Positions 39,187 to 52,449 of a DNA stretch of 64,000 nucleotides are shown here, piece by piece. A program made the translations under genes and the position numbers. The DNA comes from Okamejei kenojei. Lineage: Eukaryota. Position 1 is the first letter of the stretch. Each line of letters starts with the position of its first letter. The stretch is taken from the NCBI GenBank assembly GCA_035221665.1, contig CM069145.1, positions 18,166,001-18,230,000 of the forward strand, in the 5' to 3' direction. The notes under the pieces were generated by a model that was not told where the DNA came from, ran no database searches, and saw only the letters and a program-made list of their open reading frames with translations.

Positions 39187-39839
39187 TTGTGTTTCTCTCT
39201 CCACAGATACTACCTGACCTGCAGAGAACTTCCAACATTTTCTGTTTTCATTTTTACTGTGGAACAGATTTTTCAATTATTTGCTTCAAGGCCATATCAT
39301 ATCCATTCTGCTATTGCTCAATGAACATTTGGAACAAAGCCAATGATTTAATAAAGTAGTTACCTTGAGACAAAAATTATTGTCCCATAAGAACAGCATG
39401 GTTATGCTGAAAACTGACTCTGTTGAACCACTTGCAAGGAACAGATAATAACTACAATGTTTCCAACAAGTTTTGTATTAGGTGCTCTGAACATTAACAT
39501 TCGGTTTAGCTGGGATATAATGCCTTTTAGAGTCATAGAGCCATGCAGAAATTCAGCACGTAAACATACCTCTCGGCCCATTGAGTCTTCACTAACCATC
39601 AATCACCCATATACAGTAATTCTATATTAATCGCACTTTTTATTCTTTCCACATTCTCATCAACTAGAGGCTGGGAGCAATTTACAATGGCCAATCTGCA
39701 GGTCTCAGTTTAAACATTTAAAAAGCTCATTACTTATGTTCAACAAGAAATCACACACCAAAGAAGAATGAAGACATTTAAAACACTGGATTTAATTCAC
39801 TTAATTTTGTTATATTGCTGACTGTGTCCAGAAATACCA

Positions 39840-40142
39840 AGGCATTTACTATCCATCCCTAAATGTCCTTGAATTGAGCACTCAGTTATGTTTGGAGTTC
39901 AGACTAGGTATGGATGGTTGGTTGCCTTTCTAAAAGGCTATTAATGTACCATATGGTTTTTAACGACAAAACAGCAGCTTCACGGTCACCATCATTGACA
40001 GTAGCTTTATATCCCAGATTTACTTAATTAATTAATTGAAATAAAATTCCCCAGCTGTCATGGTGAGATCCAAACATATGTCTCTGGATCATTAGTGCTG
40101 GCCTCAGGATTAATTATCCAGTAATTTAACCATAATGCCAGT
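39840..40142 (-). mobile_element. Old tRNA-derived chondrichthyan SINE
   Basis: Minus strand starts TGGCATTATGGTTA (A-box-like), has a degenerate B-box, GGTGACCGTGAAGCT...GTCGTTAAAAACC, and a TAGGGATGGATAGTAAATG tail, as recalled for shark SINEs. Confidence 0.6.
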
Positions 40143-42941
40143 GTATCACATTTAGTGAATCAGAAGACAAAAAATAAACTTCCCTGTTAGGTTGGAGTTA
40201 AGTAACAATTACGCACACATATATACTGCAACTTCAGGGAATTTGAAACCACGCTTTAATTGCATGCAATCACCTTTTGGTTAATGTGTTACCCATCAGT
40301 TCCGCACATTTCTGTGATTGCAATGGATACTGCCTTGAAATGACCATAGTTTGAGTCAGGGAATTAAGAGGGTCTCGATCAACCAACTCTGAGAACAAAA
40401 GCACAACTGTTAGCAATTGTAAACCTCTGTGTGCTTGTTACAGCTACTGAACATCAAGGAGTCGCACCTCTATATCTGATACAATTTTTGAGGGAGACAT
40501 ACTTAAAAGATATAATTCCTTCTTTCCTAAATCGATGAAAAGTCAAGACTTTTGGCTGAAACATTAGCTGCATTTATCTTTCCATCGATGCAACAGGATC
40601 TGTTTAATGTTTCTTGCATTTCCAAGTAATTAACACTATCTAAATGGCTTAATTTAAGGGGATTTCAGTTGTATTAGTGGCCTAACTACTAATGTTCGGC
40701 AACGCTTTTCTGACAGTCAGTGACTTCAATCATCTGAAGAATCAAGTTTAATTGAAAATATTCAAAAAATTACCAGACATACTCTTTCTCCAAAGAGTGT
40801 GCAAGTATATCCTTTGCCAAGTCAGTTAACACAAAATCATTAATTTGCTGTAAACCTCAACTCTACAACTCTCCCCCACACACACCACACCCCCACTGTG
40901 TCCTAATGCGTCCTACGCTAATTTTATTTATGTGGTGTTAAAGCAAAACAACCGCGAGGGTCTAAAACAGTGTACACAAGAACTCAACGGATCAGGCAGC
41001 ATCTGTGGAGGAAAATGGACAGACAATGGGACCTTTAACAGACAGATCTGTTGTTAATTCCATCATCAGTAGTTTCTTGTGTCTCCATTTACATATGTAG
41101 TTTAATTCTGTCACAATAGTCATTTCAAAATTTGATGGGCATTAAAATGACATTTAAATTCATGATCTGTTAATTTCTTATGATAATAATCTAGAATAAT
41201 CAATGTGTATGTCCACATCTTTTAGTTAATTCTATGAAATTGTGATAAAAATTGGAAATGCTTACTGTCACCTTTGCTATGTATTAGTTTTCAATCCAAT
41301 TAGCTACTCAGCCAACTCGATGATATTAATATTGCTGGAAACCACAGGTCCTCTGTACAAAGTGCCCGACCGCAATTTAGATCAGAAAAATGCAAATCAA
41401 GATGAGTCACATTAAAACAATTTTGAAAAACAATATTTTTCAACATATTTTTGAAAAACAATAATATTGAGAACAATATTTTCCTTATTATATAGACAGA
41501 CCTGGGAAATGTCCTATTTACTCTTTCATTTAATTCTGCATTTCCGAGTACAGAAGTTTGTTACACCTGTTAAAATCCTGTTATACCAAATGAAAATTCC
41601 CAAGGCTAGATTTTGGGAAAAAATGCAGAGAGATTAGCAGAGCCCATATGTTTGCCATTTCAGGGGTCATTTGATTGGCTTTCTGATCATTTCTTCAATT
41701 AGTAACGAGGACAACTTTATTTTTTGAAGATCTTGTGTAAAGCCACCTTAGAGAGATCACTGTCCAATTTCAAATATATTGTTCCAAATAAATATTTATT
41801 TTAAAATTGTGTTGATTTTTTTTCAAACATAATCCTCTTATAACCAATGAAGTTCATGGCTAAAATCATCAAATATTTCATTATTTAAAGACACCAAGGA
41901 TGATTATATGATCCAATTCATGACTGAATCTAAATGAGCATTGTAAATTATTACGATGATTTGTCAGTGACTCGCATTTTGTCCACAGCATTCATATATG
42001 TGCCTCAAGTTCGAATTTCAAGTAAGCAAATACCATTGTGTACCAACCTTTCCTAAATACAATGCTAAATAGCCTTGACAAACAAATAAAACAATATAGC
42101 TATGAAGTTGAAATATAGTATACGATTCAATTTTTAATTAATCAATTCTGAAAATCGACTTAACTTTCAGACAGAATGCATTATTACATATAATTGCAAT
42201 AAGCAAATCCAAATACGTGCACATTATTTCACTGCAGCTAAAACTAATCCGTGTGAAACACTGCAGATTATAACAGTATGTGTCTTAATGCTGTGTTAAC
42301 AAATAAAAGTAGGTTTCACCAGAAATGTTGAAAGTTTTGCTTTGAATAAATAAGATGACAAGGAATACAGAACTGAAAAAGTAACAAAAACAGATAAAAT
42401 AGGGAATGTCAAAGGGAATTAGATATCTATCTATATATATTACTAAAAACCCTGTCTCACGGTGTGAGTTGACCCACAAGGGACCCTGAGTTTTCACTCG
42501 CGGAAATCACGCACAATTAACGTAGTGGGAACGTCGGAACTCGCGCGCGCAACTTAGCGACTCGTGGCGCTAACGGCAGGTACCCGTGAAACTTGGTAAC
42601 TCGTGAAAAAATTCAAACATGTTTGAGGTTTTCCATGAGTCAAATTTACTGTTCAAGTTAAAAATTGAAACATTTAAACTCGTAATAACGTAGTGGCCTA
42701 TGCGTTTACCTTAGTGACTCGTGAGTCTACCCTGGGCACTCTTTAACTCAGCGGGCAGGCAGCATCTCTGGAGAGAAGGAATGGGTGACGGGATGACATT
42801 TCCAAATTTCTCCAGCACCATGTGTTCACTTTTGGTCAACCAGCATCTGCCCTTTCTTGTGTATGACATTATTTGTGTCCGTGGCAGTTGATTGTTGCTC
42901 CCTTCAATTTCTCAGGGGGTCATGATGGGAATGGAGTTGGG

Positions 42942-43069
42942 NNNNNNNNNNNNNNNNNNNNNNNNNNNNNNNNNNNNNNNNNNNNNNNNNNNNNNNNNNN
43001 NNNNNNNNNNNNNNNNNNNNNNNNNNNNNNNNNNNNNNNNNNNNNNNNNNNNNNNNNNNNNNNNNNNNN
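42942..43069. other. Assembly gap
   Basis: Run of N. Confidence 1.
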
Positions 43070-43157
43070 GGGTGACTTAGTACGGGAGACAAGTGTACTG
43101 ATTGTGTGTACAGACACTTTGGTAGTGATTGCCCATGGGGTTCACTGTCGAGGACTT

Positions 43158-43535
43158 CATAGAAACATAGAAAATGGGTGCAGGAGTAGGCCATTTGGCC
43201 CTTCGAGCCTGCACCGCCATTCAATATGATCATGGTTGATCATCCCACTCAGTATCCTGTACCTGCCTTCTCTTCATACCCCCTGATCCTTTTACCACAA
43301 GGGCCACATCTAACTCCCTCTTAAATATAGCTAATGAACTGGCCTCAACTACCTTCTGTGGCAGAGAATTCCAGAGACTCACCACTCTCTGTGTGAAAAA
43401 TGTTTTCCTCATCTCGGTCCTAAAGGAATTCCCCCTTATCCTTAGACTGTGACCCCTTGTTCTGGACCTCCCCAACATCAGGAACAATCTTCCTGGATCA
43501 AGCCTATCCAACCCCTTAAGAATGTTGTAAGTTTT
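43158..43535 (-). mobile_element. CR1 3' fragment
   Basis: SRTRGHSLRIRG...FFTQRVVSLWNSLP motif and a (TTTCTATG) tail. Confidence 0.9.
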
Positions 43536-43874
43536 GCAGAGAGCATTATAAACAGGGGAGCGATTAACCCTGGAAAGGGGGGAGACTTCTCTCTGAGTTG
43601 GACCCAGGAAACTGAACCTGAACAGAACACAATCTGTAGTTTCACTAAATGCTTCAAAAAAACTTTAAGTTATAAATGATGGACAATTTTAAGTTGAGTA
43701 TGGACAAATCCAACGAACCACACTACATTATTCTTGAATAGATAACTTTGAATTTGTGATTTTTAAAAAAGGAACCAACATCTACAGTGCCTTGTGTCTT
43801 GGCAATTCATGATTCTCCACGCTGGGCAGAGAATGGGATTTGTAAGCGACTAACTTCATTCGAACACATGGAAT

Positions 43875-44160
43875 GCCACATTGGTAGAGTTGCTGCCTCA
43901 CAGCGCCAGAGACCAGAGTTCAATCCTGATGACTGGTGCTGTCCATACGGAATTTGCACATTCTCCCAGTGACCACATAGATTGTTTCCGGGTGCTCAAA
44001 TTTCCTCCCACATTCCAAAGACGTGCAGGTTTGTATGTTAACTGTCGTCTGTAAATTGCCCCGCAGTGTGTAGGATAGAACTAGTGTCCGGGTGATTGTG
44101 GTCAGCATGGGCTCGGTGGTCTGAAGGGCCTGTTTCCACACTGTATCTAAACTAAACTGA
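43875..44160 (+). mobile_element. HE1-type V-SINE
   Basis: tRNA-like head TGGTAGAGTTGCTGCCTCACAGCGCCAGAGAC..GTTCAATCC, V-domain TTCCTCCCACATTCCAAAGACGTGCAGG, and CR1-like tail GAAGGGCCTGTTTCC. Confidence 0.85.
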
Positions 44161-44161
44161 A

Positions 44162-44262
44162 GGCCCTGAAGAAGAGTCCCGACCCGAAACGTCAACTATC
44201 CATTTTCTCCAGAGATGCCGCCTGACCCGTTGAGTTATTCCAACACTTTGTGAGCTTTTGTG
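44162..44262 (+). mobile_element. Penelope pLTR-derived repeat with hammerhead core
   Basis: CTGAAGAAGAGTCCCGACCCGAAACGTC (44166-44193). Confidence 0.75.
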
Positions 44263-44504
44263 ATAAGTTAATGCTTCAACCCTTTCTCGAGGAATGGGAA
44301 TTAGGGGAAGCAGTAGGAAATATGTTGCTTGGCATTTAAAATAAATAGATTAGTCAGTATAGTAATTATTAAGTCAAAGTTACAGTTATGTAAGTGCAAC
44401 TGCGGTAGAAGTGAGGAGAGGGGTGGGGTAATCAGGGGAACCAATGTATAATTAGCCGATCTGGAAAACGAGCTGAACGACTGGACCAGGGTTTGTTTGA
44501 TGCC

Positions 44505-44690
44505 CTACACAAAATGCTGGAGTAACTTGGCGGGTCAGGCAGCAACTCTGGAGAGAAGGAATAGGTGACTTTTCGAGTCGAGATCCTTCTTCAGAAGACG
44601 AGCCCTTATCCGAAACGTCACCTATCCACGTTCTCCAGAGATGTTACCTGGCCCGCATTGTTACTCCAGCTTGTTGCGCCTGCCTTCCGT
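44505..44690. mobile_element. Penelope pLTR foldback pair
   Basis: Inverted arms around 44595 with degenerate cores on both strands. Confidence 0.7.
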
Positions 44691-46140
44691 CTAAAGCCTT
44701 GGGATCGTTGCCCTTCGTGTTGGCATGGAGGGGGAGGGGGGTATTGTGCTGTTTGATTGCCCCCTGCTATCCCAGGGACAGGGAGACACAGCGGCTTCCC
44801 CCCTAACCTCCCTCCACCTCAACTCACGCCTGGCCACCAAAGCAGCTCAGGAGGCGAACCCTGAGCTCCGTCTCCCAACAATCTGATGTGCAACTGATGT
44901 GAAAGAACAGCGGCTGCGGCCGGCACCCGGCATGGACTTCTCACACCCTCACACACGAAAAGTGTGTGCGAATAAACAAAAACAAGGAATAAAACCAAAG
45001 CCCTGCTTGAAAGGCAACTAAAAATATATTCCGCTTAGAACGAGCAGGCGCGGAGACATACGTCCACATTCAAAGATTTCATCTCCCGTCTCCCAGCAGT
45101 GTGTAGACCTGCAGTAAATTCAATTAAAATATAACAAACCTTCGCCCGCTGGTCTTCTAACTACGTGATGTGTGTTTCAAACAAATCATAAGTATAACTG
45201 CTCTGGCACTGGAGGGTGCGCATTTTCCCTTTGTAGGTCATATCAATAGATGCGGCCGCGCTGAATTCTATCTTTAACTCAAAGCCACAGGATGGAGATG
45301 TCTTCTTTAACACTGCTGCTTATTAAAACATACCATCATTCATGGTTGGCTCAAGAGTAATGGGAGAGGAACTAGGTAACTCGGGAGAGGAACTTGGAAC
45401 ATCGCAGCAATGACATACCCATGGGAACTCGGTTAAACACTTGAACATAAACTTGGAATCTCATACATAACCACGAGTCTGTTTTTTTTTCTTTCACTTG
45501 GGGTCACTCGTGGGTGGACTCGCACCGTGAGACAGGACTTTTAAACTCTCATCTTGTTTGTTTGAATGTCTGCGTGAGTGATTGAGTGAGACCCTGAAAT
45601 TGTGCCAAAATGGTACACAATAGTGCTACAATTTTTGCACCACCTTACTCACAATTGTCTTGTGGTGTGTATTTTTTTAAATCATGTTTCGTTCAGATTG
45701 ATGTTATATTTTATAAGTTATTCACATTTTTAACTTTACAAAATCCCACTTTAAGAAAAATGCACTGGCAGTTACGGCTATGATGTCACAATGGGATTGT
45801 AGCCCTGCCTGCTACAATGTTGCAATCCCAGGCCACTGAGCCTGGCATCCATAGCAAGTGCAATTGCATTTTTTTATAGTTTAAAATGAGGGACGGTGAA
45901 TAAGGGGGAAATGAGTCACCTCTGCACAGTTGGGGGCTATGGGTGAGTGGCGGAATATTGCGTTGGGGGAACAGGTTGCCTTGGGGGCCTGGGTGAGTGG
46001 TAGAATATTGCATTGGGGAACGGATTGCGTGAGGGGACCAGGCCTCCCGTGGGGGCTATGGGTGAGTGGTCGAGTATTGCGTTGGGGGAACGGGTTGCGT
46101 TGGGAGACCAGGCCCAACGGGTCCCACATGGTCTAGTATA

Positions 46141-47046
46141 CAATAAATCTCTATTTTAATGGACCCCTTTATAACGGATTTTGTTTTTTTGCGGATGGCC
46201 CAGCCGGTGCAGTCCCCGACACGCACCACCTCCTGGCTGCTTAGCACCCTGGATTTCAATGTCATCTCTGACTTGCAAGGTCCACTGCCGAGCTCTGATT
46301 CACCCACCACAGTCCAGTTGACACAGCTGTTATTACCGCTCATGTTGCAGCCCCTGGGGATAGCTGCCATCAACAGGACAAGCTCAGTCACCATGAGGCT
46401 CCTTCTTCCTGTCAGCTATGGCTTTGTCCGCTCCCTCCTCGTCCTCCCATCACTCAGTCCCCCCTCTTCTCCCCAACCTCCTCCCCCTTCCTCCACTGCC
46501 ACCTCTTTCTCCTTATCCCCCGGAGCCGCCGACATATTCCACCTTGGAAGTGAAAATAGGTGAGATGGCCTGAAGAAAGCGCGTCCCCTAGGGCCACAAT
46601 GTGAGCCGCAACAACAGCTGTGTCAACGGGACTGTGCAATAGGTGAAGAAGGGCTCATCAACCACATGTGCGACAGCTGATAAAGAAGGGCTCGTCAACT
46701 GGATGTGCGGCAGCTGATAAAGGGCTCACTGGTGCAGACCAGCGGCATCGGCGCCTAGTTTTAAGGTGAAATTACACAAAGTGCTGGTGTTACTCAGCAG
46801 ACTGAATCTGTCTGTAGAAGGTTCAACGTCACCTATCCATATTCTCCAGCAATGCTGCCTGACCTGCTGAATAACTCCAGCACTTTGTGTCCTTTTGTCT
46901 ATTAACCATCATCTGCACTTCTTTGTTTCAACTGCATACAATGATAACGCCTTACTAAGTTAAAACGAACACTTGCCAATAACAGACACCATTCCCCCCT
47001 CCCCACCCCCTCCCCACACATGGTCCATTATAATAAGAGTTTACTG
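46141..47046. mobile_element. Tigger/pogo-like non-autonomous element with GC-rich cargo and a nested Penelope foldback (about 46770-46930)
   Basis: Imperfect TIR TA|CAATAAATCTCTATTTTAATGGACC versus GGTCCATTATAATAAGAGTTTACTG. Confidence 0.6.
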
Positions 47047-50000
47047 GACTTCAAAATATTGTAGGGTTGTGAGTATGAGCAGTGGAGATGGACTAATTGG
47101 AAAGTCTATTCAAAGAATTGTATGCAGGAACCATGATTAAGGGTTGCAGATAACACCAAAATTGGCAGAGTACTTAAAAACGAGAAAGAAAGTTGCAGGC
47201 TTTAGGAAAATTAACATCTAATTTGGTTCAGCAAGACCTTGGCAAATGGAATTTGATGTAAAGTTGTGAGGTAAATAATTTGAAGGACAAGTAAGAAAGT
47301 TCCCATTTTGCTAACACCTGACATATACAGCTTATACATATAAACAAGCATTTGGTAGACAGGATGGTATGGATTTGCCGCCTGCTACTGCACTACACGC
47401 GACTGTTATTGACACTAGCTGGAATTATGCCACGTCAAACACAAGAATATATTCCAGGCAACACTATGATATCCACTTTATAAATCCTATCTAGGAACAT
47501 GGCACCCAGGCTACCCATGGTGATCTTTTTGAAACAATCCAAAGCACTTAAAACGTCATCAATAAAATCTTAAGATATATAATTATTAGCCCAAGATATG
47601 GTCTGGCTAAATTTGTAACATAAATTCAAACTTAAAAATATGATACCGAATAAAATTTGCTTACAGAATTTGTGTGAAAAATATAAATAAACGCGAAATG
47701 CAGACAAATAATTGAACTAGTTTACAAAGGACAACTATCCCAGGCTGTCAGTTCACAGTGGATGGACACATACGGTTTGATTTGGAAACTGACAAGGCAA
47801 TGTCTTCTATTAATACTTAAGTCATAGAGTCTCAGAGTCGTACAGCACTTAAACAAGCGCTTCAGCCCAACTTGCCCATGCCGACCCAGAGGCCCCATTT
47901 ACGCTACTCCCACCTGTCCATGTTTGTCCCATATCCCTCTAAATTTTTCCCAGTAGAGCTCTTGTATAATAATACTTTATTAAACAATGTACATTCATTT
48001 CTAGTTAATTGAGATAACAACCCTTTCACTTCCATCCACAATTCGATCAGAAGTCCCCTGCCTATTGCCCAAGCAGGGCAGAACTGTTGAGGAACAATTT
48101 TGCTTAGGAACACTTTTCCATATATACCATTGGATTCAATGGGAAAAAATAGTTTGGATCACTGAAAATCGCAATGCAGAGTTTGCGAGGAATGCAACCA
48201 TCCTGTAAACATGGGGGGCACAGCGTATTTTTCCAGTGTCATGAGGTGTCTCCTCAGGGTAGAGGTTTGTGGTTTTGATCTTCAAACATAGTTTTCCTCA
48301 GGTAGCTGAATGTCTAGTTTTAAAAGCTACCTGGATTAACATATGAGATTCAATACCGTGGACCAAGTCGAAACCTGGCATTAGCTTTTATGGTCAGCCT
48401 GCATACAATGAACTGAATCGCCTCCTGTCCTGTGCAATTCCACAATTAAATGATATGTTATGCAAATCTATTTGTCCGCTGCAAGAAAGATATTAATTGC
48501 ATCTGGACCTCACTGTTCTTGTATACATGACAATAAACTTGACGTGATTTGACTTGATCTTTTTCTGATTACTTAAAACTCCTCTGCCTCAAAAAGTAAA
48601 GCAATGTTAGGCTGCACAATGATGCAGGCTTCCTCCCACAGCCATAAGATATACTGATTGGTTGTACCCCTAGTGTAGATTTGTGTTCAGAGAATCAGGT
48701 GTGATTGATGTGCATTTAGGAGAGAATACCTTATAGAGAAATAAGTGCAGGAATAGGATTACTCTGAGAAATGCCATGGATTCAATGGGTTGAATGGTTT
48801 TCATCTATATTGTAAGAACATATAAAATGAGGATTACAATTTCTGTGCTGCTATTGTGCACAACATATGCTCCATACTCAACTTATTTTCTGCCTTTTTG
48901 CTCTCCTTACTCACAAGCTTAATGAAAATCCCTAAACCCCTTATCACAAACCTCCATTGGTTCAATTAATCCTGTACATTCACTTGATGGTCACTTTTGG
49001 ATCCTTCCTTCCCAATGTAATATTTTTCAACTTCAAATCTTACTCTTCTGATTCTGAACTACTAGCTGTTGCACCATTCTAAGACATTAATTTATTTGCA
49101 AAAGACTTCACAACTTCATAATTTAATCCAAAATAAAGATAGCTTTTATCCTAACTATTAATAATATTTTATTAATACAACAGATTTATATTGATGGAAA
49201 TCTTGACAAACCTATTTTCAGGGTAAATAAACCACAGATTTATCTAAACATTTATTATGATGCACAGCAAGTCGCTACTCGATGTTTTTTAAGTAACCAG
49301 CTGCTTTGCAGGTCAAACAATTACATCAAAAACTCACATCTGCCACAAATGCATTTTTCAGTTCAATAAATGTCATTAAAATAAGTTAAAAAGTAGTAAT
49401 TAGCTTTGAAAAAGATAATCTTTATTATAAGATTTGAGAGTGCTTGTGCATATAATTTACAATTTAAATTAATTCTCTATCAAACTTCTATCATCATTTA
49501 TTTCTGCTGAATAAGATCTAATGGGTTATAAATCAGTTAACTACCCCTGGGCATTAGGGGAATGAGGTAATATATGCTGCTACTGCAATGAAGCTTGACA
49601 CTTTGTTTCAGGTCAACTGGAGCATTAAATAGCCTAGAGTTCATAATGTTGTCTCTTGCACTCTGTATGGCTACTACATTGGATTCCTAAATCTCATATG
49701 CAGCATGGAAATATCAGTTTTGCAAGATAGTACGTTATCTATTGCAAGCAGGACAGATTTATAATAAAGTTGTGTTAACTGGAATGCTTAAATTATTTTT
49801 ATACAAGATGATTTATTTTGTCAATACAAGCAATTTTTTAAATTTCAAAAATATCAAACTTATAACTAACTTTGTAGTTTTTCTATTAATTTTCTATCCC
49901 TGAAGACAAGCATATATTCAACGTGAAACTTGAGCATCAACTAGTAAGAGGAAGGTTTGCATACCAAAAATACAAACAAATGCTAATAGGAAATATTCCA

Positions 50001-50479
50001 GAGTAAATCGGGAAGACTAAACTTCGATTCTCTAATTAAAGTGTTGTTGTTTAACGAGCTAATACCAATCCATCATTTTATACAAATTCCATTATTAAAT
50101 TAATTTCAGATTATTTTAAAATCAATTGTTCTAGCCAAATGACAAACAAATTAGCAATTTAATTCATACCAATTTGAATTTTATGATTACGAATACAATC
50201 CCTTTTTAAATCTGCCACAAATGCCGTAGGTATTCATAAGATGACTACAAAGTAAATAGATTTCTAATAAAATACATCTAAAATTGCATCAGCTATTTGG
50301 TAAAATGTTATAATTTAAACCATGAACAGCATACATCTGACAGCAAACATCAAGGATTCTTACTTTGAAATCATTCATCTTACATATGATGTCAGATTTC
50401 TGTTTTTGTGAAAATAATTTGCATGCGTAATTATGAAGGCAGGATAACCCACCATAGCCCCGATGGCACTGTAATCTCA

Positions 50480-51860
50480 GTAATCTCAGTCACTGAGATC
50501 AACATCACAAGGTCCTTCATGAGGGTGAACCCTTAAAAGGCATCTGGACCTTGTGGTATACCACGACGTGTTCTCAAAAGCTGCGCGGACCCAACTGGCT
50601 GGAGTTTTGGTGCACATCTTTAACCTCACATTACTGAGGTCCCCACCTGCTTCAAAAGGGCATCAATAATGCCAGTGCACAAGGAGAGTAAACTGACATG
50701 CCTCAATGACGACCAAAAGGTGGCACTAACTAACGGTCATGGTGATGAAGTGGTTTGAGAATTTGGTTCTAGCGTATATCAACTCCTACCTCAGCAAGAA
50801 CCTGGACCCACTACAATTTGCCTAATGCCACAATAGATCAACAGGTGATGCAATATCACTGGATTTCCACTCCAAACCACCAAAAGTCAGGCAGTTGTTC
50901 ATAGCCTACAGCTCAGCATCCAATACCATCAACCCCTCCAAACCTGTTATCAAGCTCTGTGAACTGAGTCTCTGCGCATCCCTATGCAACTCGATTCTTG
51001 ACTTCCTCATCAACAGACCATAATCAGTGCAAAATAGCAACACTTACTTCTCAATAACCATTAGCACAGGAGCACCTCATGGCTGTGTGCCTAGTCCACT
51101 GTTCTACTCATTCTATACTCATGACTGTGTCACCAGATGCAGTTCCAACTCAATCTTTAAATTCACTGATGACACCACTTATGTTGGACAAATTATGGTA
51201 ATTGATGAATCAGAGTGTAGGAGAGAGATCGATCATCTGATTGAATGTTGTCAGAACAACAATTGCTCTCAATGTCATGAAGACCAGGGAGCTGATTGTT
51301 GACTCTAGAAGAGGGAAGTTGATGATCCACAAACCTGTCATCATCGATGCGTCGACAGTTGAGAGTGTCAACAACTTCAAGTTCCTGGGGGTGCATATCT
51401 CTAAAGGACTGTCCTGTGCCCAGCACACTGATGTAATATAAATAAAGTCCATCAATGCCTCTACTTCCATAGAGGACTGAGGAGATATGGCATGTCGGCG
51501 AATAGTATCTTGAACTTCTGCGGGTGCATGGTAGAGAGCATATTGACGACCTGGTTTAGTCATTCCAATGCCCAGGTGTGAGGAAGATTACAAAGAGTGT
51601 GATCACTGCCCAGTCCATCATGGGTACAGACCTCCCCACAATTGAAGGAATCTATAGAAGGCACTGCCTCAAAAAGGCAACCAGCATAATCTAAAACCCA
51701 CATTACACCGTCTATGCTCTTATTTCACTCGTGCCATCGGGAAGAAGGTATAAAAGTTTGAAAACCATGACCTTCAGGTTCAAGAACAGCTTCTTCCCAA
51801 CAACCATCATGTTTTTGAACATGACAAACACCAGCTAACTATGAACTATGCACTTAGTTG
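50480..51860 (+). mobile_element. Rex1/Babar-type LINE, older degenerate copy
   Basis: STGAPHGCV, FKFTDDTT and FKFLGVHIS motifs; colinear with 19440-21000. Confidence 0.9.
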
Positions 51861-52221
51861 CACTCAGCATTTTGGTGGTTTTGTTAGGCTATTTAATTTA
51901 TTGATTTTCTAAATATATTTCTGTTTCCAGTATATATGTCAATTAAACACTGACTGGACTCTCTTGAGTTGATTCTTGATCATGGAGTGTTCGAAACAAA
52001 GTCAAATACGTTTTCTGGACATGTAAACTCTACTCAGACATCACTAAAATCATTATTGACACCAGATTCCCATTGAGAGATCGATGTTTCTTTCTAACTA
52101 CAGCATTTAATCAAAATCACCAATATCGTGCTTCTACTATTCTGACATATGGTCCATCAGATTTTCTTTTTATTCAATTAATGTGTGTGACAAATGCTAA
52201 AATAGTAAATCATTCTGCGTG

Positions 52222-52449
52222 GGTACACAAAAAGCTGGAGAAACTCAGCGGGTGCAGCAGCATCTAAGGAGCGAAGGAGATAGGTGACGTTTCGGGTCGA
52301 GACCTTCTTCAGACTACAGTCTGAAGAAGGGTCTCAACTCAAAACGTCGCCTATCTCCTTCGCTCCTTAGATGCTGCTGCACCCGCTGAGTTTCTCCAGC
52401 TTTTTGTGTACCCTCGATTCTCCAGCATCTGCAGTTCCTTCTTTAACAC
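52222..52449 (+). mobile_element. Penelope pLTR foldback insertion with 15-bp TSD and two opposed hammerhead cores
   Basis: Near-perfect ~95-bp inverted repeat centred at about 52317. TSD AAATCATTCTGCGTG (52207-52221 and 52450-52464). Confidence 0.9.

Larger units (their letters stand above)
42447..45541. mobile_element. Non-autonomous PIF/Harbinger-type element, copy 2 (contains an N gap and nested repeats)
   Basis: Same TIRs, ~300-bp left arm and ~220-bp right arm as 24635-27720. TAA on both sides. Confidence 0.8.
42426..46136 (+). mobile_element. Non-autonomous Helitron, interrupted by Harbinger copy 2
   Basis: A|TCTATCTATATATATTACTAA 5' end continuing at 45542. Internal tandem repeats 45930-46110. 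3' hairpin GGCCC-AAC-GGGTC, then CTAG|T. Confidence 0.75.
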
